The position numbers and the translations under genes were made by a program. A stretch of DNA of 64,000 nt, taken from contig CAYUQD010000002.1 in NCBI GenBank assembly GCA_964446965.1, positions 32,689-96,688 of the forward strand, read 5' to 3'. Origin of the DNA: an uncultured Candidatus Saccharibacteria bacterium (lineage in GTDB: Bacteria; Patescibacteriota; Minisyncoccia; Phycocordibacterales; UBA9973). The notes under the pieces were generated by a model. The model worked only from the letters and a program-made list of their open reading frames with translations. It was not told the origin of the DNA and did no database searches. Positions 9,701 to 18,611 of the stretch are shown piece by piece (the first letter of the stretch is position 1; every line of letters begins with the position of its first letter).

Positions 9701-10346
9701 TGGTGCTGAAAAAATCATCTCTGTCATGTCAGACAAATCTGAATCCTCAAAAGAATCAGTAGACTACGTCGTCAACGCTCGTCGTGTCTCTATCGTAAAG
9801 GTGGGACAAGACGTTCAGAAAGGCGAACTCCTCACTGATGGATCAGCCAACATCAAGGACGTGTATGTATATGGTGGCAAAGAGATGGCCGAAGACTACA
9901 TCATCCGCGAAATCTCAAAGGTGTACGAACTCCAAGGTGCATCTATCGCTCGCAAGCACCTCGAGATCATCATTCGTCAGATGTTCTCACGTCGCAAGAT
10001 CAAGGAAGCAGGGGATAGTTCATTCTCTCCAGGTGAGACTGTCGAGATGACTGAACTCCTCGAAGAGAATGGTCAGATGAAGGCACAAGGTCTCCGCGAA
10101 GCAAAGGGTGATCTCATCATCCTCGGTATTACTCAGACTGCGCTCAATGCAAAGTCATGGATATCTGCTGCATCGTTCCAGAACACAAACCGTGTCTTGA
10201 TCAACAACGCAGTCAAGGGTGGTGTCGACAACCTCCGTGGTCTCAAAGAGAACGTCACCGTCGGCCGACTCATCCCTGCTGGTACTGGATTCAAGGATCG
10301 TCGTGCACTCAACGTCAACATTGACGCTAATCGAGAACAAGACTAG
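6723..10346 (+). CDS. rpoC: DNA-directed RNA polymerase subunit beta'
   Basis: NADFDGDQM catalytic motif, zinc-binding Cys cluster near the N-terminus, 1207 aa. Confidence 0.95.
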   Translation: MKTLDTTNFDQIVLKLASPDRIREWSYGEVTKPETINYRTGRSERGGLFDERIFGPEKDYECYCGKYKRIRYAGIVCEKCSVEVTQSIVRRERMGHIELASPVAHIWFLRGVPSRMSILLNVSLADLEKVVYFAGYIITSVHEDEKTRVVAELEAEFKNKVKNAADEETKEKLKNLLLNTKKEIAEIRVGKVLNELSYHHFSLKYGSSFEANIGGEAIYQLFCNMDLDKLKAVTEKSLEKAGAAEREKLQKRLALIRSMIYAKIRPEWMFLSVIPVIPPAIRPMVALEGGRHATSDVNDLYRRVINRNNRLKKLKEIGAPDVILRNEKRILQEAVDALIDNSIAGQDSPAMSQAQRRALKSLSDNLKSKQGLFRQNLLGKRVDYSARSVIVVGPTLRLNQCGLPKHMALELFRPFVISKIIARELAYNIRGANKLIEDGIPEVWAILEEVIQGKYVLLNRAPTLHRLGIQAFMPVLIEGNAIQVHPLVCPAFNADFDGDQMGVYLPLSETSQAEAKALISADKNLLKPQNGDPIVSSKLLDIVLGCYWMTSSVDGQKGEGKYFASPNDAILASDHDVVSYRAKINVLGTGNEKYEIFGGKPFETTVGRLLFNAILPADFPYMNEEMTSKKMVVIVDNLISKYGVDPIANILDRIKTFGYKYATKSGTTWGIDNVIVPAEKPAIVAKHRAMEAEVKAQFEDGLLSEEERYQSVLTIWNKAKAEIEKALPNTIEKHSSVYDMITSGARGTVSNVTQMAGMKGLIQNTTGRTIDFPIIPSFKEGLSPLEYFITTHGSRKGLADTALNTARAGYLTRRLVDVAQDVIVTEDDCGTKSSKRVTKEVISGFEIPISKNIRGRVLAKEIALPDGTTMFKRGHMITRDEALEVEARGATEVFIRTPMLCKTVYGICRQCYGLDLGRNHIVDKGESVGIIAAQAIGEPGTQLTLRTFHAGGLAGVDITQGLPRVEEIFECREVKNPAVVAKYSGTVSEIKENGAEKIISVMSDKSESSKESVDYVVNARRVSIVKVGQDVQKGELLTDGSANIKDVYVYGGKEMAEDYIIREISKVYELQGASIARKHLEIIIRQMFSRRKIKEAGDSSFSPGETVEMTELLEENGQMKAQGLREAKGDLIILGITQTALNAKSWISAASFQNTNRVLINNAVKGGVDNLRGLKENVTVGRLIPAGTGFKDRRALNVNIDANREQD

Positions 10347-10348
10347 TC

Positions 10349-12055
10349 ATGCAATCGATCTACGATAACATCAAAGATCGCTTGCCTATCACTGACGTCC
10401 TCTCAACGTATATCACACTCACTCCGGCTGGTAGTCAGTTCAAAGCAAAATGCCCATTTCACAATGAGCGATCTGCATCATTCTCAGTATCTCCTGAGCG
10501 TGGACTCTACTACTGCTTTGGGTGCGGTGCAAAGGGAGACATCTTTACCTTTGTTGAGCAGTTCGAAGGTGTAGACAAAAAAGGGGCGCTCAAAATACTC
10601 GCAGATCGTGCGGGTATTGCGCTCACGCGTGAGTATGTGTCTCGCGAGAGCACTGACCCACTCTATGATGTGCTCGAGAGCACTGCGACTCGGTATCAGC
10701 AGGAGCTTGCTCGCAATACTATCGCGCTCGACTACCTCCATGGTCGGGGAGTGACCGATGCAACCATTGCATACTTTCGCATTGGGTACGTCCCCGATGA
10801 GTGGCGGTACGTTGCCAACACCATGAAGGATGAACAACATGCTGCAATAGCTGAGCGGGCAGGTCTCATCAAGAAAACACCGAAAGGATACTATGATAGA
10901 TTCCGCAAACGCGTAATGTTCCCACTCACTGATACATCGGGGCGCGTGGTCGGGTTTTCTGGACGATTATTCCCAAGCGATAGTGAAGATGACAAACAGA
11001 GTCCCAAATACCTCAACTCTCCCGAGACCGAGCTCTTTCAAAAGTCGCGTATCCTCTTTGGCTTTGACAAGGCAAAGGCTGCCATTCGCCAACACAACTT
11101 TGCGATCGTCGTCGAAGGGCAGATGGACTGCGTGCTCGCGCATCAGGCCGGATTTCGGAATACTGTTGCAACATCGGGGACTGCGGTCTCTGACGCAGCA
11201 GCAGCTGATCCGAGTGCCAACCTCGCAGTACTCGCGCGCCTCACGCCGCATGTATTCCTCGCATTCGACGGAGATGCTGCGGGGCAAAAGGCGCTCGACA
11301 GAGCAGCGATCGTCGCGCTCTCATTGTCTATGAATCCTCGTGTCGTACCACTCCCTCCCGGAGTCGATCCTGCGGACTACATACAGTCGCACGGTACCGA
11401 AGGGTGGAAGGAGTTGCTCAAGCAAAGTCAGCATTTCATTCTCCATCAGTTGCGATCGATCAAGCGTCATGAACTCTCGCCACATGTACTGGTGACGATG
11501 CTCAAGGAACGCATCTTTCCATTCCTGATCAAGATCTCGTCTCCGATCGAGCAGGGAAGCTATATCGAAGCCATTGCCAAAGAGCTCGACATCCCAAAGT
11601 CTGATATCGCGCGCGAACTCATGATCTACGCTGCAGCACAGCCTGTAGTTCAGACAGAGACAGTACTCAACATCACGAGTGAGACGATCACTCCCGAAGA
11701 GCGATTTCTTGCGATTGCTGTGAGGTTCCCGACAACTGCTGTGACTACACATCGCAAGGCGATTGAGTCTCTCTCGTACAACGATACTGCGTTCTCATTT
11801 CCCATTATCCAAGCTGATCGTATGACGGAACTTCTCGCAGTAGTAGAGCGTGACTACAGCACCCTCGCAGAGAGCGAGCTCGATCTCCTTGCTGGAGAAC
11901 TCGCGCACAAGATCACTGATCGATACTACGCGACTATTGTTGCACAACTCACTCGCGCACTGAGTACTGCAGAGCAAAGTGGCAATGATGCAGAAGCGCA
12001 GTCTGTCATGCAATCCCTTCACCAACTCAACCAACGCCGTCATGTTTCGACATGA
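10349..12055 (+). CDS. dnaG: DNA primase
   Basis: CPFHNERSASFSV...YYCFGCGAKGD zinc-ribbon and a Toprim region (VVEGQMDCV...DGDAAG). Starts 2 nt after the rpoC stop. Confidence 0.85.
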   Translation: MQSIYDNIKDRLPITDVLSTYITLTPAGSQFKAKCPFHNERSASFSVSPERGLYYCFGCGAKGDIFTFVEQFEGVDKKGALKILADRAGIALTREYVSRESTDPLYDVLESTATRYQQELARNTIALDYLHGRGVTDATIAYFRIGYVPDEWRYVANTMKDEQHAAIAERAGLIKKTPKGYYDRFRKRVMFPLTDTSGRVVGFSGRLFPSDSEDDKQSPKYLNSPETELFQKSRILFGFDKAKAAIRQHNFAIVVEGQMDCVLAHQAGFRNTVATSGTAVSDAAAADPSANLAVLARLTPHVFLAFDGDAAGQKALDRAAIVALSLSMNPRVVPLPPGVDPADYIQSHGTEGWKELLKQSQHFILHQLRSIKRHELSPHVLVTMLKERIFPFLIKISSPIEQGSYIEAIAKELDIPKSDIARELMIYAAAQPVVQTETVLNITSETITPEERFLAIAVRFPTTAVTTHRKAIESLSYNDTAFSFPIIQADRMTELLAVVERDYSTLAESELDLLAGELAHKITDRYYATIVAQLTRALSTAEQSGNDAEAQSVMQSLHQLNQRRHVST

Positions 12056-12060
12056 GGGGA

Positions 12061-12088
12061 TTGACTTGAGACCAAATTTTAGTAATGT
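12061..12088 (+). promoter_or_regulatory. sigma70-like promoter (TTGACT, 16 nt spacer, TAATGT) for rpoD
   Basis: Hexamers in the dnaG-rpoD gap. Confidence 0.4.
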
Positions 12089-12109
12089 ATGTAATTGATA
12101 CTTCAGTAT

Positions 12110-13432
12110 ATGCCGAATAAAAAATCAACCGTTCGACAACCCAATAAGAAGGCTACAAAATCTGCTCCAAAGAGCCGTCCAGTTGCAAAAAAGCAAGCAG
12201 CAAAGAAATCTGCACCAAAAAAAATAGCTCCAAAAAAGGTACTTAAAAAAGTTGCAAAGAAAAAGCCGGCTCCAAAAAAAGTAGCAACCGTACGAGCAAA
12301 GCCAAAGCCTATCACCATTCGTCATGAAGGTCAGGGGAGTCGCCGTGAAGTCAATACTGAAAAGAAGTTGCGCGAACTCGAAGCAAAGGCAGATGAACTC
12401 ATCACAAAGGGCAAGAAGCGTGGATTCATCACCTATGATGAGATTCTCAAAACATTCCCTGATATCGAGAACAACATCATGTTCCTCGACGAACTCTACG
12501 AGAAGTTCGGTACTGCAGGAGTCGACGTCCTCGAAGGTGGTAACCTGCTCGACATCGACTCTACCGAAGATCTGTCGAAGTACGTCAAAGAGAGTCACTC
12601 ATTTTCATCAGTGCAGATGTACCTCAAGGACATCGGACAGTATCCACTCATCGTCGCTGCCCAAGAACGCGAACTCGCAAAGCGTATCGAGCAAGGTGAC
12701 CTCGAAGCAAAGAACTTGCTCGCACGGAGTAACCTCCGTCTCGTCGTATCTATCGCAAAGAAGTATGCAAATCGTACGGCCGATCTCACTCTCCTCGACT
12801 TGATCCAAGAGGGGAACATCGGACTCTTCAAGGCTGTTGAGAAATTTGACTACACCAAGGGATTCAAATTCTCGACCTATGCGACATGGTGGATCCGTCA
12901 GTCGATCACTCGCGCACTCGCCGATCAGAGTCGCACTATCCGTATCCCTGTGCACATGGTAGAAACGATCAGTAAGTACAAACAGGTCTTGCGCCGTCTC
13001 GCCCAAGACCTCGGTCGCGACCCAATGCCCGAAGAAGTCGCAAACGAAATGGGTATTGAGGTCGAGAAGGTCCACGTCATCGAGCAGATCAACCAAGAGA
13101 CTCGCTCACTTGAGCAACCGATCGGTGACGATGAAGACAAGAGCACATTCGGAGAATTCATCCCCGATGACAAGATCCTTCGTCCTGACCAAGAGGCCTC
13201 TCGTCGCATGTTGCAAGACGCGATACGTGGAGTCCTCGAAGAGATCTCTCCAAAAGAGAAGCGTATTCTTGAAATGCGCTACGGTCTCATCGATGGTGTG
13301 CAGCACACACTCGAGGAAGTGGGCAAGGAATTTGGTGTCACGCGTGAGCGTATCCGACAGATCGAAGCCAAGGTCCACGAGAAGCTTCGTCAGAACGATC
13401 GTATCCAGAGACTTCGCAACTATTTTGATTAG
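12110..13432 (+). CDS. rpoD: primary sigma factor (sigma70/RpoD) with Lys/Ala/Pro-rich basic N-terminal region
   Basis: Regions 2-4 are recognisable ([10 protein letters not shown]..., [11 protein letters not shown], region 4 HTH). The N-terminal roughly 70 aa are KKxAPKK repeats. ORF-track start at 12095 is TTG; ATG at 12110. Confidence 0.9.
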   Translation: MPNKKSTVRQPNKKATKSAPKSRPVAKKQAAKKSAPKKIAPKKVLKKVAKKKPAPKKVATVRAKPKPITIRHEGQGSRREVNTEKKLRELEAKADELITKGKKRGFITYDEILKTFPDIENNIMFLDELYEKFGTAGVDVLEGGNLLDIDSTEDLSKYVKESHSFSSVQMYLKDIGQYPLIVAAQERELAKRIEQGDLEAKNLLARSNLRLVVSIAKKYANRTADLTLLDLIQEGNIGLFKAVEKFDYTKGFKFSTYATWWIRQSITRALADQSRTIRIPVHMVETISKYKQVLRRLAQDLGRDPMPEEVANEMGIEVEKVHVIEQINQETRSLEQPIGDDEDKSTFGEFIPDDKILRPDQEASRRMLQDAIRGVLEEISPKEKRILEMRYGLIDGVQHTLEEVGKEFGVTRERIRQIEAKVHEKLRQNDRIQRLRNYFD

Positions 13433-13456
13433 GAAACAATAGAAATAAGTGATAAA

Positions 13457-13485
13457 AAGCCCTTAGAAATAAGGGTTTTTTATAT
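13457..13485 (+). terminator. intrinsic terminator (AAGCCCTTAgaaaTAAGGGTTT plus T-run)
   Basis: Hairpin plus T-run after rpoD. Confidence 0.65.
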
Positions 13486-13539
13486 ATTGACAAATAAATA
13501 AATTGTGATAATGTGAATAAAAATTAAAAACTTACAGTT

Positions 13540-13974
13540 ATGGAAAAAGATCTTTATTTTGAATACAAACAGGTTGTAGCTTTATTAAATAAAGCAAAAA
13601 CGAAGGAAAAAGCACCATGGAGATTATTAATCAGTACATTCGAAGATCTTGATAGTGAATGTCTTGATCTTCATGCGTATTATGAGCTTGGATATATACC
13701 ATTTTTTGTTATCGCACATTGCTATTACGTTAAAAGTAATATTCCAGCAATTATTTTCAGAATGGGTCCAACTGAATATGAAATTGAATATAGATGTTTT
13801 CAGAATGCCGGAGAGGAAAGAATGAAAGCGTTTGAATTTCTCAAGCACTGTACCTTTTATAAGGATACTAGATTTTATGAGAGAAAAAGCAAAAACATGA
13901 ATGATATTTTAATTGAATTTCTCCATGCAACCGGTCTTCTCTTTACAGAAAATCCTAAATTCATAATTAAATAA
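13540..13974 (+). CDS. hypothetical protein, AT-rich single-gene island
   Basis: Own promoter (TTGACA at about 13490, TAATGT). Flanked by strong terminators on both sides. GC is much lower than the neighbours. Confidence 0.45.
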   Translation: MEKDLYFEYKQVVALLNKAKTKEKAPWRLLISTFEDLDSECLDLHAYYELGYIPFFVIAHCYYVKSNIPAIIFRMGPTEYEIEYRCFQNAGEERMKAFEFLKHCTFYKDTRFYERKSKNMNDILIEFLHATGLLFTENPKFIIK

Positions 13975-13980
13975 AATTCA

Positions 13981-14012
13981 AAAAGCCCCGAAACATTCGG
14001 GGCTTTTATTAT
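13981..14012. terminator. bidirectional intrinsic terminator (AAAAGCCCCGAAacaTTCGGGGCTTTT)
   Basis: A-run and T-run flank a perfect hairpin between convergent genes. Confidence 0.7.
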
Positions 14013-14036
14013 TTCACATTTTTTCGTTAAAGAATA

Positions 14037-14801
14037 TTAAAGAAGTGCGTCGATTTCTTTTTTGATGTCTTCGAGGGGGTATGCACCAGGGACGATCTTT
14101 TGCTCGCCGGACTTTAGGTTGACGATGATAGAGAATGGAGTTCCACGAGCTCCGATCTCTTGTGCTTCTGCAGTGTCTGCTGCTACACGATCACTTGCTG
14201 CAGTTCCTGTGATACATGTCGCAAAGAGTGCCTTGTCGATACCTTGGGCAGTGGCGAGTGTGGTGAGTTGGGCATTACTCTTTGCGTCTGGAGTAAGGGT
14301 GATCTTGATGACTTCATCGAGATACTTGTTGAACGCACTATTGCCACCGAGTTGTGCGACACATTCCATAGCAACGGCTTCGGTAGTTGCGTTGGGGTGG
14401 AGAGATGCGAGTGGGAAGTATCGGTATACCCATGCGACTTTGCCATCGTAGGCATCATAGATGTTCTCGAGGGTGGTGTGAAATCGTTCACAGAATGGAC
14501 AGTCAGAGTCAGAGTATTCGATGATCGCGACTTCTGCAGTAGCCATGTCACCACGGACGCGGTCGTTGGCGCGGATTGTTGCAACAGCTTTTGGGACTGA
14601 GGTGACTTCGTCAGGTTGCGCAGGAGTACCAGCGGCAGGAGCTGCATCCTTGTTGCCACCAAATGCGACAATGAGTGCGATTGCGATAATGACAGCACCA
14701 GTGAGGATCGCAGCGGGGAGACTGATACCACCCTTTTTTTGTTCCATTGGTGTGTTGGTTGGGGTACTGTGTTCTGTTTGATTGTTGTTTGTTGGTTCCA
14801 T
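14037..14801 (-). CDS. DsbA-family thiol:disulfide oxidoreductase, membrane-anchored
   Basis: CPFC active site (DSDCPFCERFH) in a thioredoxin fold with an N-terminal TM helix. The ORF-track GTG start at 14819 was replaced by ATG at 14801 (MEPTNNN...). Confidence 0.7.
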   Translation of the reverse strand: MEPTNNNQTEHSTPTNTPMEQKKGGISLPAAILTGAVIIAIALIVAFGGNKDAAPAAGTPAQPDEVTSVPKAVATIRANDRVRGDMATAEVAIIEYSDSDCPFCERFHTTLENIYDAYDGKVAWVYRYFPLASLHPNATTEAVAMECVAQLGGNSAFNKYLDEVIKITLTPDAKSNAQLTTLATAQGIDKALFATCITGTAASDRVAADTAEAQEIGARGTPFSIIVNLKSGEQKIVPGAYPLEDIKKEIDALL

Positions 14802-14876
14802 CTGCACAGTATACAGCACATATTCACAGATTGAAAAATCATTGAAAAAATAGCCTCAAAATGCTAGTATTGCCCC

Positions 14877-16118
14877 ATGAATCTCGCAGAATTAGCGACC
14901 TACGCTATCACTTTTTTGGCCCTCTATGTACAAGTTTTTTTCTTTGTTACGTATCTACAGCACCGACGTGCCCTTGTCAGAGAGACCAAGCAAGCCATTA
15001 CTCTCAAGTCATACCCAACGATTGCCATTGTCGTGCCGTGTTGGAATGAAGAAAAGACAGTGCATAGAACTATAGAGAGTTTGCTTGCGTTGGATTATCC
15101 CAAAGATGCATTCCAGCTCGTCATCGTGGATGATGGCTCGACTGACAATACATGGGCAGAGATCGCGCAATACAAAGACCATCCTCAGATCAAAACTCTC
15201 AAAAAAGAAAATGGCGGCAAACATACTGCCGTTAACTATGGTATTGACCACACGACAACAGACTTTGTTAGTTGTCTCGATGCTGACTCATTTGTGGCAC
15301 CGGATGCATTGCGACGCATGATGTATATGTTCCAAGAAAATCCTGACATGATGGCAGTAGCTCCTTCTATTATCATCAACAAACCAAAGACATTCATTCA
15401 GCATGTACAAAAGGTAGAGTACAACATGGGTATCTATGTCAAGAAAATGCTTGCATACAATGGTGCTATCCACGTAACACCTGGCCCATTCTCTGTATTC
15501 CGACGCGAGGTCTTTGTTCGGCTTGGAGGATTCCGTGCTGCGCACAACACCGAAGATATGGAGATTGCATACCGCATGCAAGAAGCCCATATGCGTATCG
15601 GGCATTGTCATACCGCACACATACTTACTGTTGCACCGAGTACGATCCCCAAACTGTTCAAACAACGCGTTCGATGGATCTACGGATTTATCCAAAATAC
15701 GAATGACTACAGACGCCTGATATTTCGCAAATCGTATGGCAACTTCTCCTTCTTTACGCTACCTTCTGGTATTGTATCGATCACTGCAACTGTATATATC
15801 TTTTTTAGTATCTTGTACAACGCAATCGTGTGGCTCATTGGCAAAATTGCGCAGTGGCGCGTTACTGGATTGCACGGAGGCTCATTTGATATCAATCTCG
15901 ATTGGTTTTATATCAATACACAGACGATACTCTTTATCACAGTGGCATTGTACGGTATTATTATTGGCGCGACGTATCTAGGGAGCCGTATGGCACATGA
16001 ACGACTCAACCCATTCTACTTGATTGCATATGTGGTAGTGTATAGTGTCATCGCTCCGTTTTGGTTGATGAAAGCTGTATGGAGTTCTGTTGTCAGACAC
16101 ACACCAAGTTGGCGTTAA
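14877..16118 (+). CDS. processive family-2 glycosyltransferase (PgaC/NodC/cellulose-synthase-like)
   Basis: VVPCWNEEKT...VIVDDGSTDNT, DAD motif (CLDADSF) and QRVRW (QxxRW) motif with flanking TM helices. Confidence 0.75.
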   Translation: MNLAELATYAITFLALYVQVFFFVTYLQHRRALVRETKQAITLKSYPTIAIVVPCWNEEKTVHRTIESLLALDYPKDAFQLVIVDDGSTDNTWAEIAQYKDHPQIKTLKKENGGKHTAVNYGIDHTTTDFVSCLDADSFVAPDALRRMMYMFQENPDMMAVAPSIIINKPKTFIQHVQKVEYNMGIYVKKMLAYNGAIHVTPGPFSVFRREVFVRLGGFRAAHNTEDMEIAYRMQEAHMRIGHCHTAHILTVAPSTIPKLFKQRVRWIYGFIQNTNDYRRLIFRKSYGNFSFFTLPSGIVSITATVYIFFSILYNAIVWLIGKIAQWRVTGLHGGSFDINLDWFYINTQTILFITVALYGIIIGATYLGSRMAHERLNPFYLIAYVVVYSVIAPFWLMKAVWSSVVRHTPSWR

Positions 16119-16125
16119 TTAAATT

Positions 16126-16755
16126 ATGAAACATATTTCCTCAAAATACATTCTTACACTACTCCTCACGTTGGGTATTTTTGCCACTGCGTGGTTTGTG
16201 AGCAATACATTGAATGCAAAAAAGTTTGCCGACCTCAAGGCGGTCCAAGACAAAATATCGATCGATATTTTGTCTTCAGAAACTGAGTTCGACCTTTTGA
16301 CAGAGAATACGTGTGATGCGAGTAGTATATCTACCTTTTCAAACGATCTCGCCGTCCTCGCAGAAAAGATAACCTATAGCGAGCAAAATGTTGCTACTCC
16401 CGAAGAAATCAATACTCTCAAAAAGCAATATACACTGCTTGAAGTCCGTGACTTTTTATTGACCAAGCGTATCGCAGAACGCTGCAATCAAAAGCCGATA
16501 GCTATCTTTTATTTCTACGGTACATCTGTCGACTGTCCTGACTGTGTGAAGCAGGGCTATGTCCTCGATGCGCTTCGTCAACGCAATCCCAAAGTTCGTG
16601 TGTACGCATTTGACTACAACCTCGATCTCTCCACGATCAAGGCACTCATCTCTATCTACAAGGTTGGTACCACTGTACCTGCGCTTGTCGTCAATGGTAC
16701 GACATACCAAGGCTTCCGTTCACTCGACGAGCTCACTAGTATTGTCGCAAAGTAG
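16126..16755 (+). CDS. membrane-anchored thioredoxin-like protein with CPDC motif
   Basis: N-terminal TM helix plus FYGTSVDCPDCVKQ CxxC motif. Immediately follows the GT2 gene. Confidence 0.45.
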   Translation: MKHISSKYILTLLLTLGIFATAWFVSNTLNAKKFADLKAVQDKISIDILSSETEFDLLTENTCDASSISTFSNDLAVLAEKITYSEQNVATPEEINTLKKQYTLLEVRDFLLTKRIAERCNQKPIAIFYFYGTSVDCPDCVKQGYVLDALRQRNPKVRVYAFDYNLDLSTIKALISIYKVGTTVPALVVNGTTYQGFRSLDELTSIVAK

Positions 16756-16792
16756 GGAACTAGAGAAGTAAATATTGTGATACAATTTCTCT

Positions 16793-17326
16793 ATGAAACC
16801 AATTATTGTAATACTTATCATTCTTGTGCTCGGATTTATTGGATGGAGTGTGGCTCGTCCTAGTGCTCCTGTGGCAGAGCAGACAGTGGTACCTATAGAC
16901 ACTACCAATGATGGTGGTACGGCAAACGGTACTCCTGCTGGCCCACAAGGCAAACTGCCTGCGGGGAGCGTTGCGCCTGGCAACCCAGAACTCCTCATTG
17001 GTACCTGGGTATGGCAGCAAACTACTGAGGGTGGTCAGACTATTACTCCCAACAAGCCTGGCGTATTTGCGGTGACATTTTCTACAGATGGTAGAGTGTC
17101 CGGCAAGACTGACTGTAATGGATTTGGAGGAGAGTATGAGGTGGGGAGCGATGGCATTATCAGCTTTGGACCATTCATGAGTACGATGATGTATTGCGAA
17201 GGTTCCCAAGAGAGTGTATTCAATGCACAGATGTCCAAGGCAAAGAGTTATTCATGGGACAAATCTGGCAACCTCGTCATCCGGTATGGTGACAACGCGG
17301 GGTCTATCGTCTTTAAGAAAAAATAA
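16793..17326 (+). CDS. META/HslJ-domain (DUF306-like) secreted protein
   Basis: Signal/TM helix then LIGTWVW...FSTDGRVSGKTDCNGFGGEYEVG...MYCEG, resembling the META domain. Confidence 0.5.
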   Translation: MKPIIVILIILVLGFIGWSVARPSAPVAEQTVVPIDTTNDGGTANGTPAGPQGKLPAGSVAPGNPELLIGTWVWQQTTEGGQTITPNKPGVFAVTFSTDGRVSGKTDCNGFGGEYEVGSDGIISFGPFMSTMMYCEGSQESVFNAQMSKAKSYSWDKSGNLVIRYGDNAGSIVFKKK

Positions 17327-17358
17327 TAACATAAAACCAGGGGTATACTATACGTTAC

Positions 17359-18567
17359 ATGGAACCACCAGTACCACCGCGTCGCCGACACACGCTCGCA
17401 TGGATTATATTTGTGATAACATTTCTCCTCCTCGTTGGTAGTATTGGTCCCGAGAAGGTTGTCCATATCGATACATCAGGACAGATTGCGACAGGGCTCG
17501 AATCGTCGGTAGTGACGCCGACATTTGAGGATGGTATTGCGCACAGTACTACAGGTGCGAGCGCTGTGCATATTGCTCTACCACAGACAGTGCGCGGTAT
17601 ATACATCACGGCATGGACTGCGGGTACGCCCAAACGTCTCGTGAATATTCTCAGCATGTACGACAATAGTATCCTCAACGCAGTCGTCATCGACATCAAA
17701 GATGCTTCAGGAAGGATCTCATACCAACCGCTCGATGGCACACTCGCTGCAACAGGTGTCGGAACCAAACGTATCAGCAATCTCCCTGCAGTTATCGAAC
17801 AATTTCACCAGCGGGGCATCTATGTGATCGGACGAATTTCTGTATTCCAAGATCCCTATCATGCACAACTCCATCCTACAGACACGTTCACCGATATACA
17901 GACTGGTGAGGTCTGGAATGACTACAAAGGTATCGCATGGTTGCGACCCGATAGTGTGAATGTGCGAGAGTATACTGAGGCCATAGCACGAGATGCCTAT
18001 ACCCAAGGGTTTGACGAGATCAATCTCGACTATGTGAGGTTTCCTTCAGATGGAGATCTCAAGGCGATAGATCTCTCTGGTCTGACCAAGAGTCGTGCAG
18101 AGGTGATGCAGGATTTCTTTGTGGGGATAAGTAGTAGTCTGCGTAGCGAGGGCATTCCTGTATCGGCAGATGTCTTTGGTCTCACGATGTCGGCAAGCGA
18201 TGACGTCGGTATAGGGCAGAAAGTTGCGCTCATTGCGCCACATGTCGACGCGCTCGCACCAATGGTATATCCTTCACACTTTTGGAACGGTACATATGGT
18301 ATCGCAGTTCCTGCAGAGGAACCCTACAAAGTCATCTACAAATCGATGTCAGACGGCATTGCCAAGCTCGCATCGGCAGGTGTCGATATGAGGGTACTGC
18401 GTCCGTGGCTCCAAGACTTTGATCTCGTTGGTGTTCCCTATGGATCTGACAAAGTCGCCGCGCAGATACAGGCGGCCCACGATCTCGGCATTGACTCATG
18501 GATGCTCTGGGATCCCGCCAATACGTATACACAGTCAGTATTCAAGCTGACAAATGAGGTAGAGTAG
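17359..18567 (+). CDS. membrane-anchored putative glycoside-hydrolase-like TIM-barrel protein (GHL/DUF4015-like)
   Basis: N-terminal TM then GIYITAW...NAVVIDIKDASG...IGRISVFQDPY...GFDEINLDYVRFP. Family assignment is tentative. Confidence 0.4.
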   Translation: MEPPVPPRRRHTLAWIIFVITFLLLVGSIGPEKVVHIDTSGQIATGLESSVVTPTFEDGIAHSTTGASAVHIALPQTVRGIYITAWTAGTPKRLVNILSMYDNSILNAVVIDIKDASGRISYQPLDGTLAATGVGTKRISNLPAVIEQFHQRGIYVIGRISVFQDPYHAQLHPTDTFTDIQTGEVWNDYKGIAWLRPDSVNVREYTEAIARDAYTQGFDEINLDYVRFPSDGDLKAIDLSGLTKSRAEVMQDFFVGISSSLRSEGIPVSADVFGLTMSASDDVGIGQKVALIAPHVDALAPMVYPSHFWNGTYGIAVPAEEPYKVIYKSMSDGIAKLASAGVDMRVLRPWLQDFDLVGVPYGSDKVAAQIQAAHDLGIDSWMLWDPANTYTQSVFKLTNEVE

Positions 18568-18611
18568 GGAAGACTTGACAATAAATCCATAGGTAGTATA
18601 AAGAAAGTATA

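Noticed and set aside
3690-10340. Dozens of 60-170-aa ORFs on both strands inside rpoB and rpoC (for example 4647..5165 minus, 7145..7360 minus)
   Set aside because: They lie entirely within or antisense to high-confidence long CDSs and have Ser/Arg/Thr-rich low-complexity translations typical of off-frame reads of GC-balanced coding DNA.
12103-13378. Minus-strand ORFs inside rpoD (12125..12598, 12608..13096 and others)
   Set aside because: They are antisense to a confidently assigned sigma70 gene and have no independent signals.
14183-14842. 219-aa minus-strand ORF overlapping the DsbA-like gene in another frame
   Set aside because: It is an alternative frame of the same region. The DsbA frame carries the CPFC thioredoxin motif and a TM anchor, whereas this frame is Ser/Thr/Leu-rich without motifs.
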